A stretch of DNA of 32,000 nucleotides from Nitrososphaerales archaeon (GTDB taxonomy: Archaea; Thermoproteota; Nitrososphaeria; Nitrososphaerales; Gagatemarchaeaceae): contig DATJBB010000003.1 in assembly GCA_035515635.1 (NCBI GenBank), positions 187,536 to 219,535 of the forward strand, read 5' to 3'. Numbering within the stretch: position 1 is the stretch's first letter; the number at the start of each line of letters is the position of its first letter. The notes below the pieces were generated by a model, which was given only the letters and a program-made list of their open reading frames with translations, made no database searches and was not told where the DNA came from. The translations under genes were made by a program, and so were the position numbers. Shown piece by piece: positions 30,216 through 32,000 of this stretch.

Positions 30216-30494
30216 TTCCACTGCAAGTATTGCGGGAAGACCTTCAGCGATGGGAGGCGCCTCGGAGGACACGTTAGGCAGCTCCACCCGGTCGTCAAAC
30301 CCGGCTCGACGACTCACGCGACTGCTCCTCTGGCCGAGGGAGAGACGGCGGCAAGGATCCTCGAGCTCTGGAAGGCCGGCGACGACCCGCTCACGGTGGT
30401 GGCCACCCTCAGGGTCCACCCGCGCTTCGTCAAGGAAGTCCTGAAGGAATACGACGAGCTCATCAACGAGTGGAAGAAGTTCAAGGAAGCCTGA
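30192..30494 (+). CDS. Classical C2H2 zinc-finger protein (100 aa)
   Basis: FHCKYCGKTFSDGRRLGGHVRQLH fits C-x2-C-x3-F-x5-L-x2-H-x4-H exactly. The C-terminal half is helical and charged. Confidence 0.75.
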   Translation: MTPAELAQFHCKYCGKTFSDGRRLGGHVRQLHPVVKPGSTTHATAPLAEGETAARILELWKAGDDPLTVVATLRVHPRFVKEVLKEYDELINEWKKFKEA

Positions 30495-30675
30495 GGGTCC
30501 GACATCGGTTCCTGGCTGGCTGCGCGAATGTTTGGGTCAGCTAACTTGGCATCACCCGAGACACGGAACCAGCCGAGAACGCCCGAATCCAAGTCAAGGG
30601 ATAGAAAGAGTGGCTGACTACCATTCAGAACGCTAGCAAGAATCCATAAATCTACTCGACTCACAATCTTCTCGT

Positions 30676-31098
30676 TTGGACATCGCAGCCAAGCAACAAG
30701 TCCTGAAGGTTGGGGGTGTCCTCCTTATCGTGGCAGGACTGGGCGCTTTGGGCTGGTCTCAGTATCTTCAAGTCTACGCCGCTGATTGTGACTTGGCATC
30801 AAGTAGTCAATGCTATACCAGCACCGTCTTTGCTGAATTATTTGGGGTTCTGATGCTGTGCGTAGGAGGGTTGGCGCAGGTGATATCAAGGCAATTGCCC
30901 AAGCTCGAGAACGATTGGAGCATGCCAAAGGACGTGAGGATGGCCTTGAGGCGAATGCCTCGCGACCAATGGAGAGCGTATTGGAACACCGATGATGACG
31001 AGATGAGGAGGAAACTAATAGACGCCGAATTAGAAAGGGAGCGAAAGTATGAAGAAGAATTTGGATGGCCGAATAAAGAACCGAAGCCATCCCCCTAG
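30676..31098 (+). CDS. Membrane protein (2 TM) with a charged C-terminal tail
   Basis: Spans VLKVGGVLLIVAGLGALGW and FAELFGVLMLCVGGLAQVI. TTG start, with ATAAAT about 26-31 nt upstream. G+C is lower than the surrounding DNA. Confidence 0.5.
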   Translation: MDIAAKQQVLKVGGVLLIVAGLGALGWSQYLQVYAADCDLASSSQCYTSTVFAELFGVLMLCVGGLAQVISRQLPKLENDWSMPKDVRMALRRMPRDQWRAYWNTDDDEMRRKLIDAELERERKYEEEFGWPNKEPKPSP

Positions 31099-31162
31099 AC
31101 TTGACAGGTCAGCAGGGGAGGTCAATCCGCCGAAGACTTGACAGAACCCCGTGCTCGAATCC

Positions 31163-31170
31163 TTTTTATA
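31163..31170 (+). promoter_or_regulatory. TATA box of sufB
   Basis: TTTTTATA ends 28 nt upstream of ATG 31199. Confidence 0.5.
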
Positions 31171-31198
31171 CATAACATAGGTAATACGTAACATCAAA

Positions 31199-32000
31199 AT
31201 GACCGCCGCGGCCGATATCGTCACCGACGACTACAAGACAAAGTACGGCTTCGCTGACTCGACCGACTACCTCGACCAGCGGCTCAAGGGCCTCAGCGAG
31301 GGCGTCGTCAAGGAGATCTCGAGGCTCCGCGACGAGCCGTCGTGGATGGAGGAGTTCAGGCTCAAGGCGTTCCGCGCCTTCCAGGCCAGACCGGTCCCCA
31401 CGTGGGGGGTCGACCTCTCCCCGATAAAGTTCGACGAGTTCTACTATTACGGCCAGCCGGCCAAGCAGACGGCCAAGACCTGGGACGAGGTACCTCCGGA
31501 GATCCGGAACACCTTTGAGAAGCTGGGCATCCCGGAGGCCGAGCGCAAGTTCCTCGCGGGCGTCGGCGCCATCTACGAGAGCCAGGAGGTCTACAACAGC
31601 CTCCAGAAGGAGCTCTCCAAGCAGGGGGTCATCTTCACGAGCGTCGGCAACGCCGTCAAGGAGTACCCAGACCTCATCCGCAAGTACATCGGGACCATAG
31701 TCCCAGCGAACGACAACAAGTTCGCGGCCCTCAACAGCGCCGTCTGGAGCGACGGGCCTTTCATCTACGTCCCCGAGGGCGTCAAGATAACCATGCCACT
31801 CCAATCGTACTTCAGGATCAACGCACAGGGCATGGGGCAGTTCGAGAGGACTCTCATAGTCGCCGAGCCAGACAGCGAGGTCCACTACATCGAGGGTTGC
31901 ACCGCGGCCATGTACCAAAAGTCGATGCTCCATGCGGCCATCGTGGAGCTGGTCGCCAAGAAGGGGGCTAAGATACGCTACATCACGATACAGAACTGGA
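31199..32000 (+). CDS. sufB: Fe-S cluster assembly scaffold SufB, N-terminal 267 codons (runs off the right edge)
   Basis: It is not in the track because there is no stop in the window. The translation from ATG 31199 contains KFAALNSAVWSDGPFIYVPEGVKITMPLQSYFRINAQGMGQFERTLIVAEPDSEVHYIEGCTAAMY...RYITIQNW, which are hallmark SufB blocks. Confidence 0.95.
   Translation, partial: MTAAADIVTDDYKTKYGFADSTDYLDQRLKGLSEGVVKEISRLRDEPSWMEEFRLKAFRAFQARPVPTWGVDLSPIKFDEFYYYGQPAKQTAKTWDEVPPEIRNTFEKLGIPEAERKFLAGVGAIYESQEVYNSLQKELSKQGVIFTSVGNAVKEYPDLIRKYIGTIVPANDNKFAALNSAVWSDGPFIYVPEGVKITMPLQSYFRINAQGMGQFERTLIVAEPDSEVHYIEGCTAAMYQKSMLHAAIVELVAKKGAKIRYITIQNW

Noticed and set aside
25602-31198. Annotating the sufC-sufB intervening block as a mobile element
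   Set aside because: No integrase, transposase, terminal inverted repeats or att-like flanking repeats could be found by eye. It is reported as a finding, not as a mobile_element feature.
31166-31933. A 255-aa minus-strand ORF
   Set aside because: It is antisense to an unmistakable SufB reading frame.
1-32000. CRISPR arrays, rRNA genes and tandem DNA repeats
   Set aside because: I saw no regularly spaced direct repeats and no rRNA-like conserved stretches. The only periodicity is the protein-level blade repeats in the NHL and propeller genes.

Overview
This is 32 kb of high-GC DNA. Single 60-nt lines I counted give about 65% G+C inside genes and about 42% in one spacer near 30.6 kb. It reads as an archaeal chromosome for three reasons. 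AT-rich TATA-like boxes sit 25-35 nt upstream of most first-gene start codons (leaderless style). Downstream genes in operons have GGAGG-type sites or 4-nt start/stop overlaps. Exported proteins combine N-terminal signal peptides with C-terminal single-TM anchors and many N-x-S/T sequons.

I support 35 protein-coding genes, two of them cut by the window edges. I found no rRNA, tRNA, CRISPR array, transposase or integrase.

Gene content from left to right:
- a secreted protein fragment and two ABC permeases
- a SET-domain methyltransferase
- a wHTH-V4R regulator coupled to a close PqqC homologue
- three paralogous surface-anchored propellers of the quinoprotein (PQQ) alcohol/methanol dehydrogenase type, interrupted by an MFS gene
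- an operon of a ZIP-like carrier, a Tat-exported multicopper oxidase and an anchored NHL propeller
- a wHTH protein, a 170-aa HEAT protein, a SAM methyltransferase and an SDR
- a minus-strand operon: zinc-ribbon membrane protein, DUF371-like protein, a mevalonate-diphosphate-decarboxylase-family protein and a small ORF
- aquaporin plus a GAF-type free Met-R-sulfoxide reductase
- an MFS with a His-rich loop
- sufC, then 5.6 kb of unrelated genes (2-hydroxyacid dehydrogenase, a phosphoesterase with a Q/N/Y/G tail, small membrane proteins, a C2H2 zinc finger), then sufB

The main candidate for something undescribed is 2.8-16.5 kb. It is an extracytoplasmic quinoprotein-like island linked to a PqqC homologue whose oxygen-activating residues are replaced. 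All three propellers carry an acidic pair at the position that marks lanthanide-type enzymes.

The second candidate is the HEAT protein at 17.4 kb. It looks like exactly one half of deoxyhypusine hydroxylase.

All homology calls were made by eye from motifs and remembered reference sequences; no searches were run. Many long ORFs in the supplied track are off-frame artefacts of the high GC content.
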